DNA of 57,605 nt, taken from the NCBI GenBank assembly GCA_963997805.1, contig CAXEOD010000002.1, forward strand, positions 1 through 57,605. Reading direction: 5' to 3'. The first letter of the stretch is position 1, and each line of letters starts with the position of its first letter. Origin of the DNA: an uncultured Candidatus Poseidoniales archaeon. Lineage in GTDB: Archaea > Thermoplasmatota > Poseidoniia > Poseidoniales > Thalassarchaeaceae. Of the stretch, positions 35,373 through 43,375 are shown in pieces. The notes beneath the pieces are model-generated. The model worked only from the letters and a program-made list of their open reading frames with translations. It searched no databases and was not told where the DNA came from. The translations under genes and the position numbers were made by a program.

Positions 35373-36536
35373 ATGGGACCAGCGAAGACCACTAATGGAA
35401 AAGCTACTATGGGGGATGATATAGACCGTGCGGCATTGGCAGGAATGTTGTCTGGGTATGGGCCAGAACAACTTGTTGATGAAGTAATTACTGCATGGGA
35501 AGAATTGGCTTCCGCGAACAAAGAATTAGCAAATTCAAGCCAAAGAAACAGGGTGATGGAACTTGATTTGTCAGAACGAGAAGAATTGGGTGCACCAGAC
35601 CGGGCTCGTTTAATGAAAATCGATGAAGATCTAAAAGATAGGGAAGCACGAATTATTCACCTCGAAAGAATGCTCGATGATACCAGAAGAGAAAAAGAAG
35701 CAATTGCTAATTCTGTTGGAGCGATTAGAATTGACGAATTAGAACGTAATGAGAATAATCTATCTGAAAAAGTAGAATCTCAAACAAATATTATTGGTGA
35801 ATTAGAAGCGAAATTAGACCAATTAGTAGATGCACTGGAAAAAGCCGCAGAAGCTGGTTTAACCTCAATTACTGCTGATGAAGTTAGAAATTTAAATCAT
35901 GAATTAGAAGACGCCCATCGTAAAATAGAAGCAGAGCAAATAGAAAATAACACTGTTTCTGAAGAAAGAGATAAACTTCGTGAAATGGTAACACAAACTA
36001 AGTCATTGTTGGAACAACGAGATCTCCGCCTCAAAGAATTGGATGGGCAAATGCAGAGAATGATGGATGGACCCCGCTCTATTTCTGCAGAACACGATTA
36101 TCTTGTCGAGCAAATTGAAGAATTGAAACGACGTTTACTTGAAAGAAACAGAGAATATGAAGCACTTCGAAGAAGAGAGAGGAGATTGCATAGAGATGTC
36201 TTTGAACGGGATGAGAGAATTCAGCAAATGCAACTCACGATTAGTGATATTGAAGGTGGTTTGTCAGATCGCACTGCAGAACTGAAAAGTTTGGAAGAAG
36301 TTTATGAGAAAATGGCAGCTGAGATTGATGGACTACGTAAATCTGAAAGAACTAGGGGTGTAGTTAGTGGTGCATTCCAAGATTCTCTTGGTGTTTTGCG
36401 AACACATGAACAAACTAAAGCAAGAAAAGAAGGTTTAGGGATTGAAGATGATGATTCAATACCAGAACCAGGGGAAGGTAGTTCCCCTGGTGGTTCTGCT
36501 GCCCCTGCTTTGAAAGACATTGATGATCTTGAATAA
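35373..36536 (+). CDS. Acidic long coiled-coil protein (about 387 aa), hypothetical
   Basis: Nearly continuous heptad-like charged sequence (e.g. LKDREARIIHLERMLDDTRREKEAIANS, IEELKRRLLERNREYEALRRRERRLHRDVFERDERIQQMQ), with no TM helix and no enzyme motif. I prefer ATG 35373. The track start is TTG 35367. Confidence 0.65.
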   Translation: MGPAKTTNGKATMGDDIDRAALAGMLSGYGPEQLVDEVITAWEELASANKELANSSQRNRVMELDLSEREELGAPDRARLMKIDEDLKDREARIIHLERMLDDTRREKEAIANSVGAIRIDELERNENNLSEKVESQTNIIGELEAKLDQLVDALEKAAEAGLTSITADEVRNLNHELEDAHRKIEAEQIENNTVSEERDKLREMVTQTKSLLEQRDLRLKELDGQMQRMMDGPRSISAEHDYLVEQIEELKRRLLERNREYEALRRRERRLHRDVFERDERIQQMQLTISDIEGGLSDRTAELKSLEEVYEKMAAEIDGLRKSERTRGVVSGAFQDSLGVLRTHEQTKARKEGLGIEDDDSIPEPGEGSSPGGSAAPALKDIDDLE

Positions 36537-36548
36537 TCTTCTTTTTTT
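36537..36548 (+). terminator. T-rich tract (TCTTCTTTTTTT) immediately after the coiled-coil gene stop
   Basis: A T7 run at 36542-36548 directly follows TAA 36534-36536. This is an archaeal oligo-T terminator signal. Confidence 0.5.
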
Positions 36549-36605
36549 GCATGAAACGAGGGTGGGCCGGGGCTTATAACCAGCCCTAACTGATAAAATA
36601 AATAG

Positions 36606-36839
36606 TTAGATTTTGGTCTTTAAACCCATTGCTCGAACAACACACCAACCCATGCGAGCCTCCCAGGTTACGAATATAGCGCCCACAATTGTGCACCCAG
36701 TGATAACCCACCCAAATGTGGTTGGAATAACTTCGAATAAAGTAAGTGCGCCCAGTATTAGTCCTAAAAATAGCCCCCTAATACCTAGTCTCAATCGTGC
36801 GGCTTTACCACGCGCGTCAATGTTGCATTCAAAGGCCAT
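36606..36839 (-). CDS. DUF2892 (YgaP-like transmembrane domain) small membrane protein
   Basis: NIDARGKAARLRLGIRGLFLGLILGALTLF...ITGCTIVGAIFVTWEARMGWCVVRAMGL resembles the DUF2892 pattern (N....dR..R...G..l...two TM...g.CP.y..lG). I prefer ATG 36839, 3 nt after the rhomboid stop. The track ORF extends to 36917. Confidence 0.6.
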   Translation of the reverse strand: MAFECNIDARGKAARLRLGIRGLFLGLILGALTLFEVIPTTFGWVITGCTIVGAIFVTWEARMGWCVVRAMGLKTKI

Positions 36840-36841
36840 AG

Positions 36842-37582
36842 TTATCCCTGCGGCGCCGTTGGTTTGTTCTTTTCGTCTATAGGAATTGATGTATTTCGCT
36901 TGAGATAAATCCCCCATACTACAAATCCAAACAAAGCGCTAGATAGATGCCCCCAAGTAATGTATTCCGATATTCCGTTGTATTCACTATTCCAATATTC
37001 AAAAGAAAGTAAAATAGTTGGAATTAACCATTTCCACCTTGATTGATGGGATAATGCTCCGAGGATACCCATCAACCCAATAGAACCACCCATCCAACTT
37101 CGACTCATTGGGTGTGTGAATATTTCGTTATCTGGCCAAAAGTGAGCCCCGGTGTTGAAAATAATACCAGCAACAATCGAGGTGAAGGCGATCGCTCCAA
37201 AGAATATAATTGCTGTAGATTTAGGGCCTGCTTTAACCTCAAAAGATTGGGTGAATATAATGAAGGAAATGATGATGAATATAATATGATGAAAATCATT
37301 ATGAAACCAAGGTGATGTGAAAAAAGAAAGAAGATATTCATGTGGTGCATCAACCAACTTATTTGGCCAAATCGCACTAGAACAAGCCAATTGCTCACCC
37401 AATGTATCGCAACGTAAGCTACCCCAATGCCCGAATCCAAGTGTTGCCCATATAGTAATAATTCCACTTAGATATATCAGACTGAAAGACCTTGAACGAA
37501 GAAATTCTTTCGCAGACAACACTCTTCTTTCAGCATCTGTCCACGGCCAAAAAAGAGGGAGGATAGGGGGCTCTTGGCTCAT
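36842..37582 (-). CDS. Rhomboid-family intramembrane serine protease
   Basis: PWFHNDFHHIIFIIISF (cf. rhomboid TM2 H....H...N-type motif), MGGSIGLMGILGA (GxSxG catalytic Ser, TM4), WGHLSSALFGFVVW (catalytic His, TM6). Polytopic membrane protein. Confidence 0.75.
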   Translation of the reverse strand: MSQEPPILPLFWPWTDAERRVLSAKEFLRSRSFSLIYLSGIITIWATLGFGHWGSLRCDTLGEQLACSSAIWPNKLVDAPHEYLLSFFTSPWFHNDFHHIIFIIISFIIFTQSFEVKAGPKSTAIIFFGAIAFTSIVAGIIFNTGAHFWPDNEIFTHPMSRSWMGGSIGLMGILGALSHQSRWKWLIPTILLSFEYWNSEYNGISEYITWGHLSSALFGFVVWGIYLKRNTSIPIDEKNKPTAPQG

Positions 37583-37603
37583 AATTAATCACTAGGCATC
37601 TTT

Positions 37604-38416
37604 TCAAGAATTCATTTCTATGATGAATGTTTGAAGGGTGGTTTGTAATTCATGAGCATCGGAAAACCCTTCTGTTAAATTACCAGTAACCACCCAATCA
37701 GCACCAGCATCAACTGCAATACTCGCTGATTTCCCATCTCGAATTCCACCACCAACTAACAATGTTAAGTTACATGATTTTCTAACTGCCCTAATTAATT
37801 TAGATGAAACCGGTTGATTAGCACCACTACCTGCTTCTAAGTAAATTGTAGAAAAACCATAAGATTCGGCACATATTGCATAACTTGTGATTAGTTCGAT
37901 ATCATTTTCTGTAATTAGGTTCGCTTGTCCGACTTCACCAACCTTACCACCAGGAGCACATACAACATAACCCATTGAAATAGGAATTACATTTGCCTGT
38001 TTTATTGGTGTAGCACCTTTTAATTGCTCTTCAATTAGAAACTTTGGTGATGTACTATTCATTAGCATCATGAAAGTGATTCCATCTGCTGCAGAAGAAA
38101 ATGCATTTGCTGCAGCAGGAAATAAAACAACAGGTATTTCCCACATTTCAGCATTAGAAGAAGAATCTTGAGAAGCATTCCAAGAACATAATTCAAGGGT
38201 TTCTTGAATTGCTTTTACTGTTTCATGGACATTATTGCTATCAGTTCCAGTTGAACCTCCAACAAATATCATTCTACTACCAGCAATAACAGCAGCAACA
38301 CATCTCTTAGCTGCTTCTTCACTGGTTTGAGAATCTGGATCTATCAAAATAATATGTCTAGCAACATTAGAAGTGCGAACATAGTTTAACAAATCAGACC
38401 CCTCTGAGGACCACAT
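37604..38416 (-). CDS. Geranylgeranylglyceryl phosphate synthase (GGGPS, PcrB family)
   Basis: HIILIDPD, MIFVGGSTG, FSTIYLEAGSGA, LLVGGGIRDGKSASIAVDAGADWVVTGN are typical PcrB/GGGPS TIM-barrel blocks. Confidence 0.85.
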   Translation of the reverse strand: MWSSEGSDLLNYVRTSNVARHIILIDPDSQTSEEAAKRCVAAVIAGSRMIFVGGSTGTDSNNVHETVKAIQETLELCSWNASQDSSSNAEMWEIPVVLFPAAANAFSSAADGITFMMLMNSTSPKFLIEEQLKGATPIKQANVIPISMGYVVCAPGGKVGEVGQANLITENDIELITSYAICAESYGFSTIYLEAGSGANQPVSSKLIRAVRKSCNLTLLVGGGIRDGKSASIAVDAGADWVVTGNLTEGFSDAHELQTTLQTFIIEMNS

Positions 38417-38449
38417 TAAACCACCCGAGGGGTGGCTTGTCCTTTTGCA

Positions 38450-39079
38450 TTACCCATCGAGATAAGTGAGGGAAATTTTTTCAAAATTAGTTTTTGCTAA
38501 TTCTAAAGAGAAATCAATACCATTTTCCTCAATAACAGAAGAACAAGAATCTAGTATTTGTAATATATTATACTCTGTAGGTAATTTTTCATACCAACCC
38601 TCCCATGTATTATCATTTCTTTGCCACCCTCTTTCTTGGGGTGTGTTAGAAATAATACCAACCAAAGAAGGTTCTGATTCAATCCTACAATCAATTACAA
38701 TATCACCCTCCCATATTGAAGAACGACCCCCAACACCAAGAAGATTGAGTGTTTTTCCCGTTTGCGAAATGACTGTTGTTCGAACATCAATTTTGGTATC
38801 TTTTCTTAGTAAAGAAAGCGCAAGATCTTTTTCTAACCAATCGCGTCTAAAAGCGATACCAAAATTTTGATTTAATTTTGAGGAGAAGGTAGGTGATGTT
38901 AACCAGGTATCTAGTATTCCAATCCATTTTTCATGATTTATTAAAAGACCCGATCCTAAGCAAGGGAAACCAACTTCTGCTCTTTCTTCAACAATATAAA
39001 TAGAAAGATTATATTTTTCATGCAAAAAATGGGCAAGGCCAAGCCCAAATATATTAGCTCCAATAATTGCAATTTTCAT
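38450..39079 (-). CDS. Short (209 aa) geranylgeranyl-reductase-like paralogue with a degenerate dinucleotide-binding motif
   Basis: MKIAIIGANIFGLGLAHFL...IVEERAEVGFPCLGSGLL parallels the GGR N-terminus (VVVGAGPAG...LEKR.EIG.PvrCgEGl). FRRDWLEKDLALSLL and GDIVIDC parallel later GGR blocks. The C-terminal half with the GDAAG motif is absent. No remnant fits downstream, because GGGPS starts 34 nt away. Confidence 0.55.
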   Translation of the reverse strand: MKIAIIGANIFGLGLAHFLHEKYNLSIYIVEERAEVGFPCLGSGLLINHEKWIGILDTWLTSPTFSSKLNQNFGIAFRRDWLEKDLALSLLRKDTKIDVRTTVISQTGKTLNLLGVGGRSSIWEGDIVIDCRIESEPSLVGIISNTPQERGWQRNDNTWEGWYEKLPTEYNILQILDSCSSVIEENGIDFSLELAKTNFEKISLTYLDG

Positions 39080-39086
39080 TTTTCCA

Positions 39087-39284
39087 CTAAACCTTCTCTA
39101 AAGATAATGCAAATACAGGACAAGAAGGAATACAAAGTTCGCAATGCGTACATGTAGGTTCATCTACGATCACAAGAAGTTCATCTAAAACTAATGCATC
39201 AACAGGACATAGTGCAATACAAGCTGCACACCCAAAACAACGTGTTTCATCGACAACAAACAGTGTGTCTGGTATACGCGCCAT
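39087..39284 (-). CDS. 2x[4Fe-4S] ferredoxin
   Basis: Two CxxCxxCxxxCP motifs: CFGCAACIALCP and CTHCELCIPSCP. I prefer ATG 39284 (65 aa). The track ORF starts at GTG 39326. Confidence 0.85.
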   Translation of the reverse strand: MARIPDTLFVVDETRCFGCAACIALCPVDALVLDELLVIVDEPTCTHCELCIPSCPVFALSLEKV

Positions 39285-39568
39285 ATTTAGTCGAAGAGAC
39301 ACTGCACTTTCAATGATGCTACCCACCCCTATATTTCCACTGCAACACTAAGAAAAGAAAAGCAATACAAGATTTAGTATGTAAATTAGCGTGAAAAGCA
39401 ATACGTGTTCAAGTCAGGACGCGGACAGAACATAATAGTTAGCCAGAAAAATATTCCAAATTTATCTTCCTGGAATTGGTATTTTAATTTTCTACTGGAA
39501 AGGAGGGGGTCTTATCCCATCATTACCCAAGGTTGATGAAACATTGAAGTCACGGAAAAATCGTTCTT

Positions 39569-40882
39569 ATGGTTCTCTACACACCTGGTTCAACCACAAA
39601 TTATGATTCGAGTCCAATTGAAGTTGGAAAATTTCGTTACCATTTTCTTGGTGGCGGCCCCGAAGTTGGTAATGTTGGTTGTATTCTTGAAGATAGTTCT
39701 GGAACTCGTTTACAAATTGATTATGGTTTTGTACCAAAAAAACCACCAACTTATCCAGAAGAAGGCCCTCCTGTTTCTGATGTAATTCTAACACATTCAC
39801 ATATTGATCATGTTGGTCTTGCTCCGTGGCTTGTTGCTTCTCATGGGGCAAAATTACATTGTACGGAGTTAACAGCTGATGTTCTTGAAATGATTTGGAG
39901 AGATACTTACAAAGTGAGTTCGATAGAAGGACAACCACTTCCTTGGGATAAAAGAGATTTAGAAGAAGCTCTAGATCAAATTGTCACCCATCCTTTTGAT
40001 GAATGGGTTGAGCACGGTGAATGGAAATGGAGGTTTTTACCTGCTGGACACATTCCAGGTGCTGCAATGGTAGAGATTCAATTAGGTGAAAGGAATATAT
40101 TATGGTCTGGTGATATTGATACAAGAACGTCACCCTGTGTTATAGGTGCTAAACCGATAAAAAGTGACATCCTATTTCTGGAATCAACCTATGCGGGTAG
40201 GGAACAACCAGATCGTGAATCAGAGGTACAACGTTTTCTTGATAGAGTTGTAGAAGTTGTTGAAAGAGGGGGCACATGTCTAATTCCATCTTTTGCTAAT
40301 GGAAGAGGACAAGATATGCTTAGATATCTTTGGGAGAGTAATCTTGATTTGAATGTTCATTATGATGGTATGGGGAAACGTATACTAAATCATTATCTCA
40401 ATCATCCTAATTATATTAGAGATGTAGAAGTATTTAGAAAAATCAAGCGGTGGGCACGATTAGTGTCTAGTAAATCTGATCGTAAAAAAGCGATTAATGC
40501 AGATGTTATTGTAACTACTAGTGGGATGTTAGATGGTGGACCTGCACATTGGTATCTTAATCGATTGAGACACGACCAAAGAAATGCAATATTACTCACA
40601 GGATATCAAGCTGAAGGTAGCGGGGGCCGTCAAATGCTTGACGATTCCCGACTGAAAATTTTTGGTAAACTAGTTGACATTAATTTAGAAGTGGACCAAT
40701 TTTCATTCTCAAACCACGCCGATAATCCCCTTCTTGTTGATTTTGCAAAACAAGTTGCCGCAGATGATGTAGTATTATTTCATGGAAATCGAGATGAAGG
40801 CCAAGAATTATTAAAAAAGGAGTTAGAAATTGAGGGAATGACCGTCCATCAACCAGAAAATTGCCAGTCATATTTACTATAG
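39569..40882 (+). CDS. Metallo-beta-lactamase / beta-CASP ribonuclease (aCPSF2-like)
   Basis: VILTHSHIDHVG (HxHxDH), GHIPGAA, LFLESTYAG, FSFSNHAD (beta-CASP motif C His). 437 aa with no KH domains. Confidence 0.8.
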   Translation: MVLYTPGSTTNYDSSPIEVGKFRYHFLGGGPEVGNVGCILEDSSGTRLQIDYGFVPKKPPTYPEEGPPVSDVILTHSHIDHVGLAPWLVASHGAKLHCTELTADVLEMIWRDTYKVSSIEGQPLPWDKRDLEEALDQIVTHPFDEWVEHGEWKWRFLPAGHIPGAAMVEIQLGERNILWSGDIDTRTSPCVIGAKPIKSDILFLESTYAGREQPDRESEVQRFLDRVVEVVERGGTCLIPSFANGRGQDMLRYLWESNLDLNVHYDGMGKRILNHYLNHPNYIRDVEVFRKIKRWARLVSSKSDRKKAINADVIVTTSGMLDGGPAHWYLNRLRHDQRNAILLTGYQAEGSGGRQMLDDSRLKIFGKLVDINLEVDQFSFSNHADNPLLVDFAKQVAADDVVLFHGNRDEGQELLKKELEIEGMTVHQPENCQSYLL

Positions 40883-40936
40883 AATAACCCATTCTTTCTA
40901 TGCCAATTATCTAATAGGATAGGCTGTGTGCAGTAA

Positions 40937-41251
40937 ATGGTAAACATGGTAAAGAAACCACTAGGGAAGAAGGCAGGCAAACCAAAACGCCGCCGCCGCC
41001 GAAAGATGAAGCTTACCCTTCGTAGTAAAAAAATGAGAGGCAAAGAGAGTTACAAGGATAAAGTTGGTTGGTCAACTCAAAACACAGGAAGAGTTCTTGA
41101 TGGTGTTTCTGATATTGAAGAAGTGACGGAAGTTGAACATCAATGCAGTTTATGTGGCTCAATGAATAGAATTCCCCGGCCAAAGACTGACAAGTACAAG
41201 GTTTTGTGTGCTCACCCAGAGTGTGGCCATGAAGACTTAGTTGGTTTCTAA
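40937..41251 (+). CDS. Small protein with Lys/Arg-rich N-terminus and C-terminal zinc ribbon, hypothetical
   Basis: KKPLGKKAGKPKRRRRRKMK, then CSLCGS...CAHPECGH (C4-type). No family recognised. Confidence 0.45.
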   Translation: MVNMVKKPLGKKAGKPKRRRRRKMKLTLRSKKMRGKESYKDKVGWSTQNTGRVLDGVSDIEEVTEVEHQCSLCGSMNRIPRPKTDKYKVLCAHPECGHEDLVGF

Positions 41252-42021
41252 AATAATAGAATTAGTAAACCAAATATTCGTTTGGTTGCAGCAACTAGTA
41301 TTACTATCACTAGTAATTTTTGAATAGTGGATTGTGATGAAATTTTGGAGCCATAAAAAGATCCAATAAAACCACCAATCAATACAACCAATGCAAAAGA
41401 AAGCAATATTTCCAAATCTAGATTTAATTGTCCGGAGAATCCCGCTCCAGCCAACCCGGCAATTGAATTAACCCAAATAAAAACCGCAGACGTCGCGGCA
41501 ACTTTTTTTGGTGTTGCCCATTTTTTTAAAAGAACAATTGGTGAAAGGAAAATTCCACCCCCAACCCCAACAATTCCACTTACTAAACCAATTCCAACAC
41601 CCCATGGAACTGCTTGTTGAAATGTTGGTGTTGTTGTTTCTTCTTTTTCATCAAATGACATAGTACCATACAATTTCCAAGCAGCTAACACCAAAGTTAG
41701 TGAAAGTAGTAAATCATATACAGCCCCATCAATAAACAAATATCCCCCAATAAATGCCATAGGTATACTTGCAATAACAAAGGGGACAGTCAATTTTATA
41801 TCATGAAAACCTTCTTTTCTATAATAATAAAAAGCAAGACTTGCCACTATGAGATTTAAGAACCAAGCGTGTTGTTTTAACCAAGCACTTTCCATTAACC
41901 CATATGATGTTAAAGACATAATTGCAAGATAACCAGACGCACCCCCATGTCCTACACTAGAGTATAATATAGCCATAATAAAAAGGCCAATCAACAAGAA
42001 GGCAAATTCAACACCACTCAC
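41248..42021 (-). CDS. TauE/SafE (DUF81) family anion/sulfite exporter
   Basis: Polytopic membrane protein with duplicated 4-TM halves and the characteristic VGHGGASGYL / VGVGGGIFLSPIVLL glycine-rich helices. GTG start. Confidence 0.8.
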   Translation of the reverse strand: MSGVEFAFLLIGLFIMAILYSSVGHGGASGYLAIMSLTSYGLMESAWLKQHAWFLNLIVASLAFYYYRKEGFHDIKLTVPFVIASIPMAFIGGYLFIDGAVYDLLLSLTLVLAAWKLYGTMSFDEKEETTTPTFQQAVPWGVGIGLVSGIVGVGGGIFLSPIVLLKKWATPKKVAATSAVFIWVNSIAGLAGAGFSGQLNLDLEILLSFALVVLIGGFIGSFYGSKISSQSTIQKLLVIVILVAATKRIFGLLILLF

Positions 42022-42094
42022 ATTTTCCCCTCCCGTTAATTATTTTTGATATGTTCGGCGACTAACTCAAGGCCAACAACACACTCGCAGAACC

Positions 42095-43303
42095 ATGGAG
42101 GTGGGTGTGTCTGTTGAACGAGCGATTGAATTAGCAAATAAAAACCCACTTTTATTTGGGACACAAATCAAACCCCTCGCCGATGCTCATTATATGGTGT
42201 TAGCTAAATCATTAGAGTCAATGGTTGATGATCCGCGGTTTGATAATTCAGCAATGGATGGTTGGGCGGTAAAAGAGGTGGATTGCATAAACCCGAATTC
42301 TAAATTAGAAATTATAGGTACAATTCAAGCCGGTAGTTCGGAACGAATAGAAGTAAATCATGGCCAAGCATGTCGTATAATGACTGGAGCGCCGATACCA
42401 CCTGGTGCAGATTCAATTGTTATGATAGAGGATAGCATTGTTATTGATGGGTATGTTACTATCACTGGCCCTGCGCGCCCTAATTTCATAAGGAAGCAAG
42501 GAGAAAATATAACTGCGGGTGAAGTGGGTTTACAATCTGGTTCAAAATTAAAACCATCACATTTAGCAATGGCGGCGATGATGGGATATGCAGAAATCCC
42601 AGTTATCAAACCACCAAAAATTGCGATTATAGGAACAGGTGATGAATTAGTGGAACCGGGTCAGCCCTTACAATCCGGCCAAATTTATGAATCAAACACA
42701 ACGGCTTTAGTGGGTTTAGTTTCGGAAATGGGTTGTGAACCAGTAAAATATCCATTTGTTACAGATGATTTAGATGGTCTAAGAAAGACATTTGATTTAG
42801 CCTCTTCAGAATGTGATGCAATTCTCACTAGTGGTGGTGTGAGTATGGGTGAATGGGATTTAGTCCGTCGATTGATGGAAGAAGAAGGTGAAGTAAAATT
42901 CTGGAGAGTTCTAATCAAACCAGGGGGTCCACTGTTGTTCGGTTCTTGGAAAGGCACACCTCTTTTTGGTTTACCTGGTAATCCAGTAAGTAGTCAAATT
43001 GTATTCCTCTCTATTGTGGTTCCATGGATTTCTAATTCTTGTGGATATCATTCAACCCATGGTCCAAAATTGTATGATAAAGTTAGAGTAAAATTATTGT
43101 CTGCTGCTACGGGTACAAAGAGAAAAGTCACATTGCGCAGGCTTCAAATTATAGAGCAGGGTAACATTCTTGTTGGTGATGTTCCCCAAAACCAAGGTAG
43201 CGGTAATTTACGAAGCATGGTTAATTGTAATGGCTTGACTTTTCTTCCAATTGGTGTTGATGGTAAATCGGGTGACATTATTGATGCGCTTTGGTTGAGA
43301 TGA
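42095..43303 (+). CDS. moeA: Molybdopterin molybdenumtransferase MoeA
   Basis: FDNSAMDGWAV, RIMTGAPIP, IIGTGDELVEPG, ILTSGGVSMGEWDLV, KPGGPLLFG, GLPGNPVSS. Confidence 0.9.
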   Translation: MEVGVSVERAIELANKNPLLFGTQIKPLADAHYMVLAKSLESMVDDPRFDNSAMDGWAVKEVDCINPNSKLEIIGTIQAGSSERIEVNHGQACRIMTGAPIPPGADSIVMIEDSIVIDGYVTITGPARPNFIRKQGENITAGEVGLQSGSKLKPSHLAMAAMMGYAEIPVIKPPKIAIIGTGDELVEPGQPLQSGQIYESNTTALVGLVSEMGCEPVKYPFVTDDLDGLRKTFDLASSECDAILTSGGVSMGEWDLVRRLMEEEGEVKFWRVLIKPGGPLLFGSWKGTPLFGLPGNPVSSQIVFLSIVVPWISNSCGYHSTHGPKLYDKVRVKLLSAATGTKRKVTLRRLQIIEQGNILVGDVPQNQGSGNLRSMVNCNGLTFLPIGVDGKSGDIIDALWLR

Positions 43304-43375
43304 CACCCACTATATCTTACAAACCATCAATTCAAGAACGGTGAACTCGCGCTTGCATTTAGCGGAGGTGTGTAA

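Noticed and set aside
39327-39568. The largest intergenic region, considered as a possible small RNA (C/D-box sRNA) or CRISPR remnant
   Set aside because: A UGAUGA-like box (near 39535) has no matching D box (CUGA) or terminal stem. Only a two-copy 12-nt repeat is present. The region is adequately explained as divergent promoters.
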